64,000 nucleotides of DNA from Patescibacteria group bacterium (GCA_038057125.1 JBBUDU010000002.1:687-64686); one strand, 5' to 3'; positions 1 through 12,069 are shown, numbered from the stretch's first letter. Notes: generated by a model not told the origin, from the sequence alone. Numbers and translations: made by a program.

Positions 1-62
1 CCCGAATCGAACGGGCGTCTTCAGGTTATGAGCCTGATGAGATACCGCTTCTCTACCCCGCT
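1..62 (-). tRNA. tRNA-Met(CAT), probably initiator; 3' end cut by window edge
   Basis: Reverse complement AGCGGGGTAGAGAAGCGGTATCTCA-TCAGG-CTCATAA-CCTGA-AGAC-GCCCG-TTCGATT-CGGG; anticodon CAT and T-loop present. Confidence 0.9.
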
Positions 63-162
63 ATTCTATAAGGTTCAATTGTACCATCTCTGTAGAATTT
101 TGCAATGGTTTAGTTCTTGAATTCCTACTTTACAGACTTTATGGACTTTTGACTTTGTGGAC

Positions 163-816
163 TCAAAGATACCCAAGCTCCTTGAAAGCATTTCCGAATT
201 TTGCGATAGTATCTCGCGCCATCTTTTTCGACAAGTCCATATCAATAGCTCCGCCGTGCGCAATCTGGTTGCGAATCTTGTGTGCTTCCCAAATATCATC
301 GTAGGAAGCTACCTTCGTACGACTCATCGTTTTCAGTTTATCGGCAAGTGTTTTACCAACATACCCTTGGTCTTCAAGTATCTCGTCGAGGATATTGTCG
401 GCCTCAAGAATCGCAAGTTTCCACTCTGCCGGACTTTCGGAATTTACATGATCAAGCACTACTTGCCACTGCACAAATTTTTCTTTTGCGGCAAATTCCT
501 CAAGACGGATTGGTTCGTATTTTTCATGTTCCTTATGATGAATTTCTCGTATTTTTAATGTCGCCCAAAAAGCAGCACCGAAAAACACAGCACCCAAAAC
601 TGCGAGTGGGCTCTGAATAGACAGAAAAAAGTTTTCAATCGCAGGTATAGGTACTTTGCTCAAAAGGAGCGCTTTCAAAGTTTCGGGTGCTTCCCCTGAA
701 GATACCGTCTCAACATTGAGAGGGGTAATGTTGGTGGACACATAAATAATAAGCGCAATCCCAAGAACGATTGCAACATCGCGAACTATTGTGTCTGCCA
801 CATGATCGTCTTCCAT
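163..816 (-). CDS. Hypothetical membrane protein (CPR-type)
   Basis: 217-aa ORF with two hydrophobic segments and a helical C-terminus (WKLAILEADNILD...DIWEAHKIRNQIAH); directly downstream of gatA. Confidence 0.7.
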   Translation of the reverse strand: MEDDHVADTIVRDVAIVLGIALIIYVSTNITPLNVETVSSGEAPETLKALLLSKVPIPAIENFFLSIQSPLAVLGAVFFGAAFWATLKIREIHHKEHEKYEPIRLEEFAAKEKFVQWQVVLDHVNSESPAEWKLAILEADNILDEILEDQGYVGKTLADKLKTMSRTKVASYDDIWEAHKIRNQIAHGGAIDMDLSKKMARDTIAKFGNAFKELGYL

Positions 817-819
817 ATA

Positions 820-2253
820 TTAAATAGTAGCGTTTCCGCGCACTTTTTCAAAGTCCTTCCCCGCTGCAAAAAGGGCGTCTTCTCCAAAATGCGGCGCGAT
901 GAATTGAATACCGAGCGGAAGTTTCGCATCACCTTCTGACACAAAACCTGACGGCACTGAAATCGCCGGTACTCCCGCAATGTTCACCGGCACGGTAAAA
1001 ATGTCAGCGAGATACATTTGAAGAGGGTCACTCGACTTTTCACCGATCTTAAATGCTGGCGTTGGCGTGGTGGGTGTTGCAATAATATCCACATCCTCAA
1101 ACGCTTTTTCAAAATCCTTTTTAAGCATTTCTCGCACAGCACATGCGCGTCCATAGTACGCATCGTAGTAGCCCGACGAAAGCACATAAGTGCCGAGCAG
1201 GATGCGCCGACGAACCTCGCGACCAAAGCCCTCTCCGCGAGAACGCATGTAATCTTCAAGAAGATTTGCGCCATCTCTATGGTAGCCATAGCGCACACCA
1301 TCCATACGCGCCAGATTTGAAGACACTTCTGCTGGCATTAAAATGTAGTAAACGGAGAGTCCGTGCGCAAGTGACGGCAAGGAAATCTCACGCACCTCAT
1401 ATCCAGCTTTCTTCATTTGCTCAAGAGATTCTTCAAAATTTTTCAAAACGCGCGCATCAACACCTTTGGCGTGAACAAACTCTGTCGGCACGCCGATAAC
1501 CCTAGGCTTATTAAAGTTTTTTCTGGGGAAATCATCGGGGTACGAGGTACTATCCATTGGGTCGTGACCCTTTATGCAATCAAAAATAATTTCTGCATCT
1601 TCTACTGTTTTTGCGAAAGGACCAGCTTGGTCAAGAGAGCTTGCCATGGAAATCAAGCCAGAGCGTGACACCATACCGTAGGTGGGCTTGAGACCAACAA
1701 CTCCGCAGAAAGACGCGGGCTGGCGAATGGAGCCACCGGTATCGGTGCCGAGCGCGCCGAGTGCGGCACCAGAGGAAAGAGCTGCTGCCGAGCCACCAGA
1801 CGAACCTCCGGGAACTCGCGTTTTGTCGTGCGGATTTTTTGTCACGCCAAATGCAGAATTTTCCGTCGAACCGCCCATTGCGAATTCATCCATGTTTGTG
1901 CGTCCGATAAATATCGCCCCCGCTTCGCGAAGCTTTTTTGTCACCCCCGCGTCGTAGGTCGCGACATAGTTCTCAAGCATCTTTGATGACGCGCTCGCTA
2001 TTTTGCCTTTGATTAAAATATTGTCCTTCATCGCTAGCGGAATTCCCGTCATCAATGTCGCCGTCCCTTCATCAATCATTTTTTGCGCCACCTCCGCTTG
2101 CGCGCGCACATCGGAAAAGAGCTCGAGGTATGCATTTAGGTCGCTTGATTCCTTTGCCATTTTAGTAACCTCATTCGCAAGCTCAAGCACGCTCATTTTT
2201 TTATTAACGAGAAGTTCGTGCGCCTTCTTGATGGTGAGATTTTTGATATCCAT
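820..2253 (-). CDS. gatA: Asp/Glu-tRNA amidotransferase subunit A
   Basis: Amidase signature GGSSGGS, GTDTGGSIRQPA, SSNLARMDG; adjacent to gatC. Confidence 0.97.
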   Translation of the reverse strand: MDIKNLTIKKAHELLVNKKMSVLELANEVTKMAKESSDLNAYLELFSDVRAQAEVAQKMIDEGTATLMTGIPLAMKDNILIKGKIASASSKMLENYVATYDAGVTKKLREAGAIFIGRTNMDEFAMGGSTENSAFGVTKNPHDKTRVPGGSSGGSAAALSSGAALGALGTDTGGSIRQPASFCGVVGLKPTYGMVSRSGLISMASSLDQAGPFAKTVEDAEIIFDCIKGHDPMDSTSYPDDFPRKNFNKPRVIGVPTEFVHAKGVDARVLKNFEESLEQMKKAGYEVREISLPSLAHGLSVYYILMPAEVSSNLARMDGVRYGYHRDGANLLEDYMRSRGEGFGREVRRRILLGTYVLSSGYYDAYYGRACAVREMLKKDFEKAFEDVDIIATPTTPTPAFKIGEKSSDPLQMYLADIFTVPVNIAGVPAISVPSGFVSEGDAKLPLGIQFIAPHFGEDALFAAGKDFEKVRGNATI

Positions 2254-2254
2254 A

Positions 2255-2539
2255 CTATAAAATTTTCTTTACTGAAATTCGGTTACCATCGCGAGCGGGC
2301 GCCTGCTTTAAAATATCCTCAGTAAAAATTCCCGATTCATGTGGATTCTCATCTTCACGCATGACGTTACGAAGCTCCCCCGCTGTTGGTACGAAAAGCT
2401 CCGCCGTAACATCCTTCACCTGCGACACATACGCCAAAATCTCCTCAAGGTCGTGCCGAAGGAGCTCTTTTTCACTGTCCGAAACCGCAATGCGTGCAAG
2501 CCCCAGAAGGTGTTCCACGTCTTTGAGTTCAATTGCCAT
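2255..2539 (-). CDS. gatC: Asp/Glu-tRNA amidotransferase subunit C
   Basis: 94 aa, VEHLLGLARI...NVMRED...VKKIL; upstream of gatA. Confidence 0.93.
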   Translation of the reverse strand: MAIELKDVEHLLGLARIAVSDSEKELLRHDLEEILAYVSQVKDVTAELFVPTAGELRNVMREDENPHESGIFTEDILKQAPARDGNRISVKKIL

Positions 2540-2556
2540 CTGTATTATCCTAACAC

Positions 2557-5026
<2,470 letters not shown>

Positions 5027-5028
5027 TT

Positions 5029-5565
5029 TTATGGTAATGCCCACTTAAAAATATATTCAATGACAGTAATAGTTCCGCTGTTACCTCCTGTTCTCCATGA
5101 TACCGTCGAGGTAATTCTGCGTTCATCGCTTCCAAGACCAGCATTTTCAATTCTTACTATACGTGAAAATTGCGTAGCGGTAAAAGTAGCACTCTGTCTA
5201 TAGAGTCCGGTTGCTACATCTAGATAAACAGGCAGTCCTTCAGTTGTGCATAAGCCGGGACAAGGTCGACTATCCAATAGTGGTACAGGGGAACCAGACA
5301 CATCGACAACATAATACCCGGGAGTGAGGCCTGCCATCCACTGGGAACCGCTCAACATATTACTGTCTCTCGCTTGCCGTACTGCTTCTATACCCTCCTG
5401 CGCAAGATTAATTGCTATTATCTCATCTTTTGCATAATAAAGTTTGTGAAGCGCGTCACCGATAAGCGACATCGGACCGACGACAGCAATAAGCAAGATT
5501 GAAATAGCAACAAGCGTCTCAACAAGGGTGAAGCCTTTATTTTTTGAAAATTTACTAATTATCAT
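5029..5565 (-). CDS. PilV-like minor pilin
   Basis: KGFTLVETLVAI class III signal; AINLAQEGIEAVR. Confidence 0.88.
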   Translation of the reverse strand: MIISKFSKNKGFTLVETLVAISILLIAVVGPMSLIGDALHKLYYAKDEIIAINLAQEGIEAVRQARDSNMLSGSQWMAGLTPGYYVVDVSGSPVPLLDSRPCPGLCTTEGLPVYLDVATGLYRQSATFTATQFSRIVRIENAGLGSDERRITSTVSWRTGGNSGTITVIEYIFKWALP

Positions 5566-6100
5566 ATGCGCGTTGGGTTATTGTTGTCTGGATTTTGAGT
5601 GTGGTGCTCGCGGTTCCGGTACCTATAGAGCCATCGATTACAGCAACAACCCTTGGTTGTGCTGTGTCTGGAAATGGCGCACTTCCGGAAACGATAAATC
5701 TAAGTCCCGTGATATTAATCTCTGTGGAAGTCACTTGAACCAATGGACTGGCTCCAATCGTTCGCCAAATAGCGCCATTGATTAAGGTGTAGCTCGCCCG
5801 AAGTGCGTCTTGTCCTGTGAAAAACAAAGAATTACCACCGGCCGGGCAATCTAGAACACCCAATGTATCAATACTCCCGCAGTAATATGTTGACCCTGTC
5901 TTAATGCGACGCGATACATCCTCAAGCGCGATATTAAGATTGTCGGTGGCAATACGCACAGAGCGCGACTTACGGTCAGTATTCACGACAGAAAGGAAAG
6001 CGCTTGTTGTGATAAACATTATGATAGTAAAAAGGCCAAGTGATACTGTCATTTCAACAAGAGTGAAGCCTCGCGAATTTTTAGACATAGAATTGATCAT
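5555..6100 (-). CDS. PilW-like minor pilin
   Basis: RGFTLVEMTVSL class III signal peptide. Confidence 0.88.
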   Translation of the reverse strand: MINSMSKNSRGFTLVEMTVSLGLFTIIMFITTSAFLSVVNTDRKSRSVRIATDNLNIALEDVSRRIKTGSTYYCGSIDTLGVLDCPAGGNSLFFTGQDALRASYTLINGAIWRTIGASPLVQVTSTEINITGLRFIVSGSAPFPDTAQPRVVAVIDGSIGTGTASTTLKIQTTITQRAYDN

Positions 6101-6101
6101 A

Positions 6102-6668
6102 TTATTGAAGAGAGATTTGCCCCGCATTAGTAATATTCACGATTGCAGTCTTTCCTGTGTTCGCGTCTTGGAGTGTCACTGACAATGCGCTATAAGAGCC
6201 GGCGCTGTTCACAATAAAAGCATCCGGGCTTGGGCGCTTAAACGTAACATTTGCAGTACTCGGGACACAAGCGAAAGTACCACATAAAAGCCCTGTTATA
6301 GAAATTGAATTCCCCCAACTAACCGTCTCCACAATAGAGTCACCTGATGATGTGTATACTTGATTGTTATCAGCATCTGCAAAAATAATAATACTATTTG
6401 CGCCCTGTGAAAAATAAACACCATAAGAACAATCAAACTCCGAGAGTCCGCCACAGATTCCAGTTACATTCTTTTTCACGCCAACGCCATACACTTGCGC
6501 CTGACGAAGCGCGAGAACAATATCCTCAGAGGCATTTGAAAAAAGTGCGTTTGTATTGTAACCACGATAGTTTGCTAGCACTATTCCTGTCATGATAGTA
6601 AAAATGCCGATGGAAACGAGGAGCTCAATAAGAGTAAATCCCCGAAATTTTGATGTGCGCTTATTCAT
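6102..6668 (-). CDS. FimT/GspH-like minor pilin
   Basis: RGFTLIELLVSI signal; LRQAQ motif; C-terminal NITNAGQI. Confidence 0.88.
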   Translation of the reverse strand: MNKRTSKFRGFTLIELLVSIGIFTIMTGIVLANYRGYNTNALFSNASEDIVLALRQAQVYGVGVKKNVTGICGGLSEFDCSYGVYFSQGANSIIIFADADNNQVYTSSGDSIVETVSWGNSISITGLLCGTFACVPSTANVTFKRPSPDAFIVNSAGSYSALSVTLQDANTGKTAIVNITNAGQISLQ

Positions 6669-7471
6669 ATAAAGGTAAGGAAATTGACTGACCCGTCAAA
6701 AAAGTTCACTCTCGTAAAGTATACAACAAAAACTGCAAGAATAAGGAACGGACCAAACGGTATTTCGCTTTTCATAGAAAGTCCACTTTTCGTGCGGTAA
6801 AAAACTTTTTGCATACCCATAACAAAGAGCGCCCATGCCGCCCCTATCCAAAACGCGAGCACTATCGCAGAACCTCCAAGGGTTGCACCGAGGAACCACC
6901 CGATACCGAGCGCGAGTTTGCCGTCACCAAGACCGAGCCATTGTCCGCGCGATATAAACCACAACGCCCAAAAAGGAATAAAGAGCATCGGCCCTGCAAT
7001 AAGCGTCCAAACATCAGGAAAATAAAATGCGCTGGCAATATCAACAGCGAGGAAAAAATTGGCGAGTCCAAGCAGTGCAAAAAGTGTCGCAAGTCCGTCG
7101 GGAATAATCTGATGTCGTAAATCGTAAACTGCAATGACAAGAAGTGTCGAAAAAATAGAGAGTAAGAGTATCGTCTCGTATATTGGCATCCCGAGCAAAA
7201 ATACGGCAACAAACATTACCCCCGAAATCGTTTCGACAATGGGATACTGCCATGACAACCGCACCTTGCATCCTCGACACCGCCCGCGTGAAATAGCAAA
7301 GCTCAAAACAGGAATAAGCTCTCGCCATGACAGTGTTTTGCCGCATGAAAAACACTGTGAACGACCCGTGAGTGGCGATGTACCGCTATTGTAGCGGTAT
7401 ATGACGACATTGAGAAAGCTCCCAATAATCGTGCCGAAAACAAAAACGATGCCAATAGTCAAAAAATCCAT
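6665..7471 (-). CDS. pilD: Prepilin peptidase (A24)
   Basis: GSFLNVVIYR, two CxxC pairs, YDLRHQIIPD, GLGDGKL, IPFGPFL. Confidence 0.95.
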   Translation of the reverse strand: MDFLTIGIVFVFGTIIGSFLNVVIYRYNSGTSPLTGRSQCFSCGKTLSWRELIPVLSFAISRGRCRGCKVRLSWQYPIVETISGVMFVAVFLLGMPIYETILLLSIFSTLLVIAVYDLRHQIIPDGLATLFALLGLANFFLAVDIASAFYFPDVWTLIAGPMLFIPFWALWFISRGQWLGLGDGKLALGIGWFLGATLGGSAIVLAFWIGAAWALFVMGMQKVFYRTKSGLSMKSEIPFGPFLILAVFVVYFTRVNFFDGSVNFLTFI

Positions 7472-7486
7472 GTATCCATTTTACCA

Positions 7487-7544
7487 CAAAATAAAAAATC
7501 TGCCCCGACCGTCCTAGTACGGTCGGGGCAGATTTTTTATTTTG
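7487..7544. terminator. Long perfect hairpin (26-bp arms) after the pilin gene
   Basis: CAAAATAAAAAATCTGCCCCGACCGT-cctagt-ACGGTCGGGGCAGATTTTTTATTTTG. Confidence 0.75.
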
Positions 7545-7562
7545 ACTGAAGAAACAAGAAGA

Positions 7563-8183
7563 TTATGGGCAAACTGTTTGACCAAATGGGAGGGCTCCAG
7601 TAATCTGTCTGCCATTATTCATACTATCGACACACCAAGAGAGAGTATTGTTGGTTTTTAGCGGCACTGAAACTGCCCATGCATCGCGTAAGGCAGTCAT
7701 AGTGCAAGTAGCGCTCCATGTCACACCACTAGAGATATTTGAGGCGGAAGAAATAGCCGGGTAAATACTCATTGCCACAGATGGATCAAATACAGTATTC
7801 GCTGTCGAGCAATCCACAGCAGAAGGTGAAGCGCCGGCAACGGCTGCTCCTGCAGTGCCATAACTTTCATTTGTATCGTAATAATTCTGCGCTTGCGTGC
7901 GGAAATTTCCAAGAGTCGCCTTTATAGCCGTATCAACCCCTTTTGCGCGCGCTGCATTGAGCGATGCCAAAACAACCGCTGCGAGGATACCGATGATTGC
8001 GATAACAACCAAGAGTTCGATAAGTGTAAACCCCGACACCAACTTTGGCATTGTTTTTACCGCGCGCGCAGATTGTACATCATGTTTACCTACATTATGA
8101 AACATAATTCTTAGTAATGCGTTTTTTAAAAAAACTCGCAGTAATGCCAAAGTTGGTGTGTGGGTAAACCCTTTTTTGTTCAT
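7563..8183 (-). CDS. Type IV pilin with a 46-aa in-frame insertion in its leader
   Basis: MNKKGFT-[46 aa]-LIELLVVIAIIGILAAVVLASLN; C-terminal WCVDS; paralog of the adjacent pilin. Confidence 0.9.
   Translation of the reverse strand: MNKKGFTHTPTLALLRVFLKNALLRIMFHNVGKHDVQSARAVKTMPKLVSGFTLIELLVVIAIIGILAAVVLASLNAARAKGVDTAIKATLGNFRTQAQNYYDTNESYGTAGAAVAGASPSAVDCSTANTVFDPSVAMSIYPAISSASNISSGVTWSATCTMTALRDAWAVSVPLKTNNTLSWCVDSMNNGRQITGALPFGQTVCP
8026..8171. mobile_element. MITE-like palindromic element inside the pilin leader
   Basis: 17-bp perfect IR ACACCAACTTTGGCATT (8036-8052)/AATGCCAAAGTTGGTGT (8143-8159) between direct GTAAACCC copies 138 bp apart. Confidence 0.75.
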
Positions 8184-8222
8184 AAATATTCTTAGTATCA
8201 ATTATATCAAGAATTACAATAC

Positions 8223-8283
8223 TAGTAAAGTAAATAATACCCAGCCTGTCATCATGACAGGCTGGGTATTATTTACTTTACTA
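8223..8283. terminator. Near-perfect 61-bp palindrome after the major pilin
   Basis: 30-bp arms, core CCCAGCCTGTCAT-c-ATGACAGGCTGGG. Confidence 0.7.
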
Positions 8284-8314
8284 ATTTCTTAGTATCTTAC
8301 GCAACGCAGATAGA

Positions 8315-8782
8315 TTAAGAAGCGCAAGTAATAGATGTTCCAGCAGAAAGCATTACGGTTGTAGATGTTGCGGTGCCTTTATTGTCTACGCAATACACCC
8401 GCGTCAAGTCTGTCTTAAGTGGAACTTGAGCTGCCCATCCAAGAGCAGTATCGTTACAAGTTGCAGTTGTTAGTGATCCTGCTGCGTTCACAGATACAGT
8501 GCTGATACCACCATATGCTCTTGCAGCAGCGAGTACCATACCATTAATACCTTTAACCGCAAGCGCATCAGAAGCTACGGCGCAAGCAGTTAAGTAGGAA
8601 TTGCCATTTGAGTCATAGAAAAGCTCTGCCTGTGCGCGTGTGTTTGCAAGCCCAGCCTTTATAGCCGCGTCTGCGCCCTTTGCGCGTGCTGTGTTGAGCG
8701 ATGCGAGGACAACCGATGCGAGGATACCGATGATTGCGATAACAACCAAGAGTTCGATAAGTGTAAAACCTTTTTGTTTCAT
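8315..8782 (-). CDS. Major type IV pilin (PilA-like)
   Basis: MKQKGFTLIELLVVIAIIGILASVVLASLN; own promoter and terminator; YCVD near the C-terminus. Confidence 0.92.
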   Translation of the reverse strand: MKQKGFTLIELLVVIAIIGILASVVLASLNTARAKGADAAIKAGLANTRAQAELFYDSNGNSYLTACAVASDALAVKGINGMVLAAARAYGGISTVSVNAAGSLTTATCNDTALGWAAQVPLKTDLTRVYCVDNKGTATSTTVMLSAGTSITCAS

Positions 8783-8840
8783 AATATTTTTAAACGAGTA
8801 ATTAACTTAATAAAAACGATGCTAAACAAATTTTTGTGAG

Positions 8841-9007
8841 AGAGCGGCATGGCTCGCCTGCCATCGTTTCCAATGTGTACAAACGGTAAATTACAGAAAT
8901 GGCACACCGCACCAAGTCACCCTATTTCAATTTATTATTAAATCGACTCAGGCATTGGCGGGCAGGCCATATCGCCGCCCTATCCCTAACACCCCCTTAT
9001 TGTACCA
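8841..9007 (-). promoter_or_regulatory. Extended -10 promoter and structured 5' leader of the major pilin
   Basis: TGGTACAAT on the minus strand at 8999-9007; 8956-8981 pairs imperfectly with 8841-8863. Confidence 0.55.
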
Positions 9008-9047
9008 TCTATGTTATTTCTAATGCAATGGGGATGTGGATAAATGC

Positions 9048-9190
9048 CACTCGGTGAATTCCTTTTGAGGGTACGGATTTCTTGAAGCTTAAAGAGTCGC
9101 GCTTCAAAGGACACTGCGCGACGTGATTCTGCAGAATCAGAAATGCTCGTGTCGCCACACTCGCAACCCCCTCAAAAGGAATCACGCTCG
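9048..9190 (-). repeat. Nested fold-back element, family D copy 1
   Basis: Shares TTGCGAGYGTGRCGACRCGAGCA and ATCCGTACCC with 33787-33908; long outer stem. Confidence 0.75.
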
Positions 9191-9281
9191 TTCTGAGGAA
9201 AAATACGGAAGCGGATGGGTTGCCAAAGGCAACCCATCCTTTCTTCCTCCAATTCAATATTCCATATTCGATATTCTACCC

Positions 9282-10478
9282 CTATACATTCCCCGCAATC
9301 TGATAAATAGGTATAAGTACTGATGCAAGCACGCCACCCACGCCAATACCAAGCGCGACAATCATTGCCGGTTCTATCATAGAGATCACTGTGTTGATTG
9401 CATTTGTAACTTCGCGCTGGTAAAAAATTGAAAGTTTTTGCAATATGTTCCCTAGTTCCCCCGTCTCTTCGCCAACTTTTACCATTTGAATCATTACATT
9501 GGGAATCTCTCTGTGTCCCTCTAGCGTCTTCGAAAGCGGTGAGCCGCCCTTCACCTTCTCCACTGCGTCCGTAAGGATGCTTTGAAAAATTTCATTGTCT
9601 ACCACCTTTGCGGTAATTTCCAAAGAACGCACCATCGAGATGCCATTGCTCAACATCACAAACATATTGTCCGAGATGCGCGAAAGATAGAGTGTGCGAT
9701 AAAGATTGCCAATAACGGGGAACCACAACTTCGCGTGCGCGAGAAAACTCGTACCGCGCGCGTAACGCCACACAAAGAAAATTGCTGCCACAAAAATCAT
9801 CGCGACGAACACACCGTAATTTACGAGCAGAAAACTCGTTTTTATTACAATTGTCGTATAAAACGGCACCTCTTGCCCACTCTGAAGAATGATCTCGGAT
9901 AATTTCGGAATGACAAGCGTGAGCATAAGTATCATCACAATAACGAACGTAGAGATAACGAAAGCGGGATAAATGAGCGCACCACGCACTTTTGATATGA
10001 GCTCGTACGAGCGCTCTAGGTAGTCTGCAAGAGCGCCAAATGTCTCGGAAAGCTTGCCAGACTCTTCCCCTCCGAGAACCATATTGACATAGAAATCAGA
10101 AAAAAGTCTCGGGTGCTTAAAGAGTGCTCCGGAGATTGGAACGCCGTTTTGAATATCATCGGCTATCTCTGTAAACTTTTTCGCAATTATCGGATTATCG
10201 GACTCTGTCGCTATAATGCGAAATGTCTTGAGCGCGGGAACATGGGCGTCGAGCAACGTTGCAATCTGTCTAGATATAATAGATATTTCTTTTACGGAAA
10301 CACGGTTGAAAATATCAATGTCGAGCTCAAAGAAGTTTTTTTTATCTGCGGACCGCACCGAAACAACCACAAGTCCACTCCGCTGGAGCGAGTTAATGGC
10401 AGAATCCTGATTTTGGGCCTCAATGTTGCCTGAGGTTTCCCTTCCATCTTTTGAAACCGCTTTGTATGTAAAGAGCAT
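9282..10478 (-). CDS. pilC: Type IV pilus platform protein (T2SS F family)
   Basis: GEESGKL, ALIYPAFV, GEETGEL, MIEPAMIV. Confidence 0.95.
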   Translation of the reverse strand: MLFTYKAVSKDGRETSGNIEAQNQDSAINSLQRSGLVVVSVRSADKKNFFELDIDIFNRVSVKEISIISRQIATLLDAHVPALKTFRIIATESDNPIIAKKFTEIADDIQNGVPISGALFKHPRLFSDFYVNMVLGGEESGKLSETFGALADYLERSYELISKVRGALIYPAFVISTFVIVMILMLTLVIPKLSEIILQSGQEVPFYTTIVIKTSFLLVNYGVFVAMIFVAAIFFVWRYARGTSFLAHAKLWFPVIGNLYRTLYLSRISDNMFVMLSNGISMVRSLEITAKVVDNEIFQSILTDAVEKVKGGSPLSKTLEGHREIPNVMIQMVKVGEETGELGNILQKLSIFYQREVTNAINTVISMIEPAMIVALGIGVGGVLASVLIPIYQIAGNV

Positions 10479-10506
10479 TGTGGTGTTTGTACTGAAACAG
10501 TATTAT

Positions 10507-11583
10507 TTATGACTGAAGCATTCGCTCGAGACCTTTTGGATTGGCTGAATACAGGAGTGCGTTTTCTGGGGTCACCTCGCCTTTGAGCACGAGCTCTGAA
10601 AGGCTTCTGTTCATGTCAATCATGCCGTCTTTCATCCCTGTCTCAATAACGATATCGACCTCGTGCGTGCGACCCTCGCGAATAAGACTCGATACGGCGG
10701 TGTTATTTATGAGAAGCTCGTATGCAGGAACAAGGCCTCCGGAAATGCGTGGAATGAGTCGCTGTGAAAAAATGCCGATCAAGCTTCCCGCAAGCTGAAC
10801 ACGAATCTGCGACTGCTGATCCCCGGGAAACGAATCGATGATACGGTCAATCGTCTGCGAAGCGTTGTTCGTGTGCAGTGTAGAGAGAACAAGGTGTCCT
10901 GTTTCCGCGGCTGTTACAGCCGTAGAGATTGTTTCCGAATCGCGCATTTCCCCAATCATAATAACATCGACATCCTGACGAAACACCGACTGAAGTCCGG
11001 ATTTAAAATCATTTGTATCAATACCAACCTCACGCTGGTCGATAATCGCTTTTTGAGAACGGAATAAATATTCTATAGGATCCTCAATGGTGACAATGTG
11101 CTCTGCGCGGTCGCGATTAATGAGCTCAATCATCGACGCAAGAGTTGTCGATTTACCCTGCCCCACGGGACCAACAATAAGGAAAAACCCTTGCTTCTTT
11201 CTGGTAAAAATTTCAAGTATCGGAGGTAAATTTAGCTCCTTGATAGTCTTGACCTGTGTTGGGATTGCTCGGAGCGCCACGCCGACTGCATTTTTCTGAT
11301 AGAAAGCGCTTCCGCGGAAACGTCCTTTGCCAAAAAATTCATACGAGAAATCGAGTTCTCTCTTTGCAAGAAATCGTTCTTTAAATTCGGGTGTAACAAT
11401 TACAGAAAGCATCCCCATTGTGTCCTCGGCAGTCAAGACGGTGAGGTTCATAAGTGGAGTTAGGTTGCCGGAAATACGGAAAGTGGGATAGTGCCCAGCC
11501 GACAAGTGGATATCGGACGCGCCGTCAGAAAGAGCGCGCATTATTAAAATCTCAACCTCTTCTTTGTAATTGCGACTGGACAT
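10507..11583 (-). CDS. pilT: Pilus retraction ATPase
   Basis: ASDIHL, GPVGQGKSTT, TIEDPIE, AAETGHLVLSTLHT. Confidence 0.95.
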   Translation of the reverse strand: MSSRNYKEEVEILIMRALSDGASDIHLSAGHYPTFRISGNLTPLMNLTVLTAEDTMGMLSVIVTPEFKERFLAKRELDFSYEFFGKGRFRGSAFYQKNAVGVALRAIPTQVKTIKELNLPPILEIFTRKKQGFFLIVGPVGQGKSTTLASMIELINRDRAEHIVTIEDPIEYLFRSQKAIIDQREVGIDTNDFKSGLQSVFRQDVDVIMIGEMRDSETISTAVTAAETGHLVLSTLHTNNASQTIDRIIDSFPGDQQSQIRVQLAGSLIGIFSQRLIPRISGGLVPAYELLINNTAVSSLIREGRTHEVDIVIETGMKDGMIDMNRSLSELVLKGEVTPENALLYSANPKGLERMLQS

Positions 11584-11597
11584 TGTTTAATTGTTTA

Positions 11598-12011
11598 TTA
11601 ATCTTCTCTGGCAAGTGGTTCTCCTTCAGCTAAAATAGTAATCACCTTTTCAACAACTTCGGATGGGTTTGCGGAAGCTTTTACCACGTACCCGTTTACG
11701 CCAAGCGCGCGCTCTTTTTCAGCAAGAGCCGGTTGTCCCAAATTCGAAAGCACGATAGCCTTTGCATTTGGCGCAAGCTTCTCGTTTTTTATAAGCGCAA
11801 AGAGTTCAAAACCGTCCATCGTGGGCGCCACGACATCGAGAAGCATGACATCGGGAATAATTCCTCCTTTCAATTTTCTGAGAGCATCGATACTTCCAAA
11901 CGCCTGAGTCACCTCAAACCCTTTCTCTTTGAACTTGAGCGTGTACATTTCAAGAAGAAGTTTATCGTCATCGACAATAAAAATCTTTTTAGCTGTCTGG
12001 TTTGCCTCCAT
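11598..12011 (-). CDS. Stand-alone response regulator receiver protein
   Basis: IVDDD, LLDVVAPTMDG, LSN, YVVK. Confidence 0.9.
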   Translation of the reverse strand: MEANQTAKKIFIVDDDKLLLEMYTLKFKEKGFEVTQAFGSIDALRKLKGGIIPDVMLLDVVAPTMDGFELFALIKNEKLAPNAKAIVLSNLGQPALAEKERALGVNGYVVKASANPSEVVEKVITILAEGEPLARED

Positions 12012-12069
12012 AACAATTCTATCATATCACAACGAAGTTCGTAAAGTCTATTATAGACGTTGTAAAGCC

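Noticed and set aside
126-156. Short degenerate tandem repeats (ACTTT-based here; also 9253-9277 and 51561-51587)
   Set aside because: Only 3-4 imperfect units at gene ends with no associated gene; too weak to interpret.
7981-8768. Identical 50-nt 5' segments of the two pilins as an antigenic-variation system
   Set aside because: Both genes are complete; conservation of the pilin N-terminal helix between paralogs is expected and no silent cassettes are seen.
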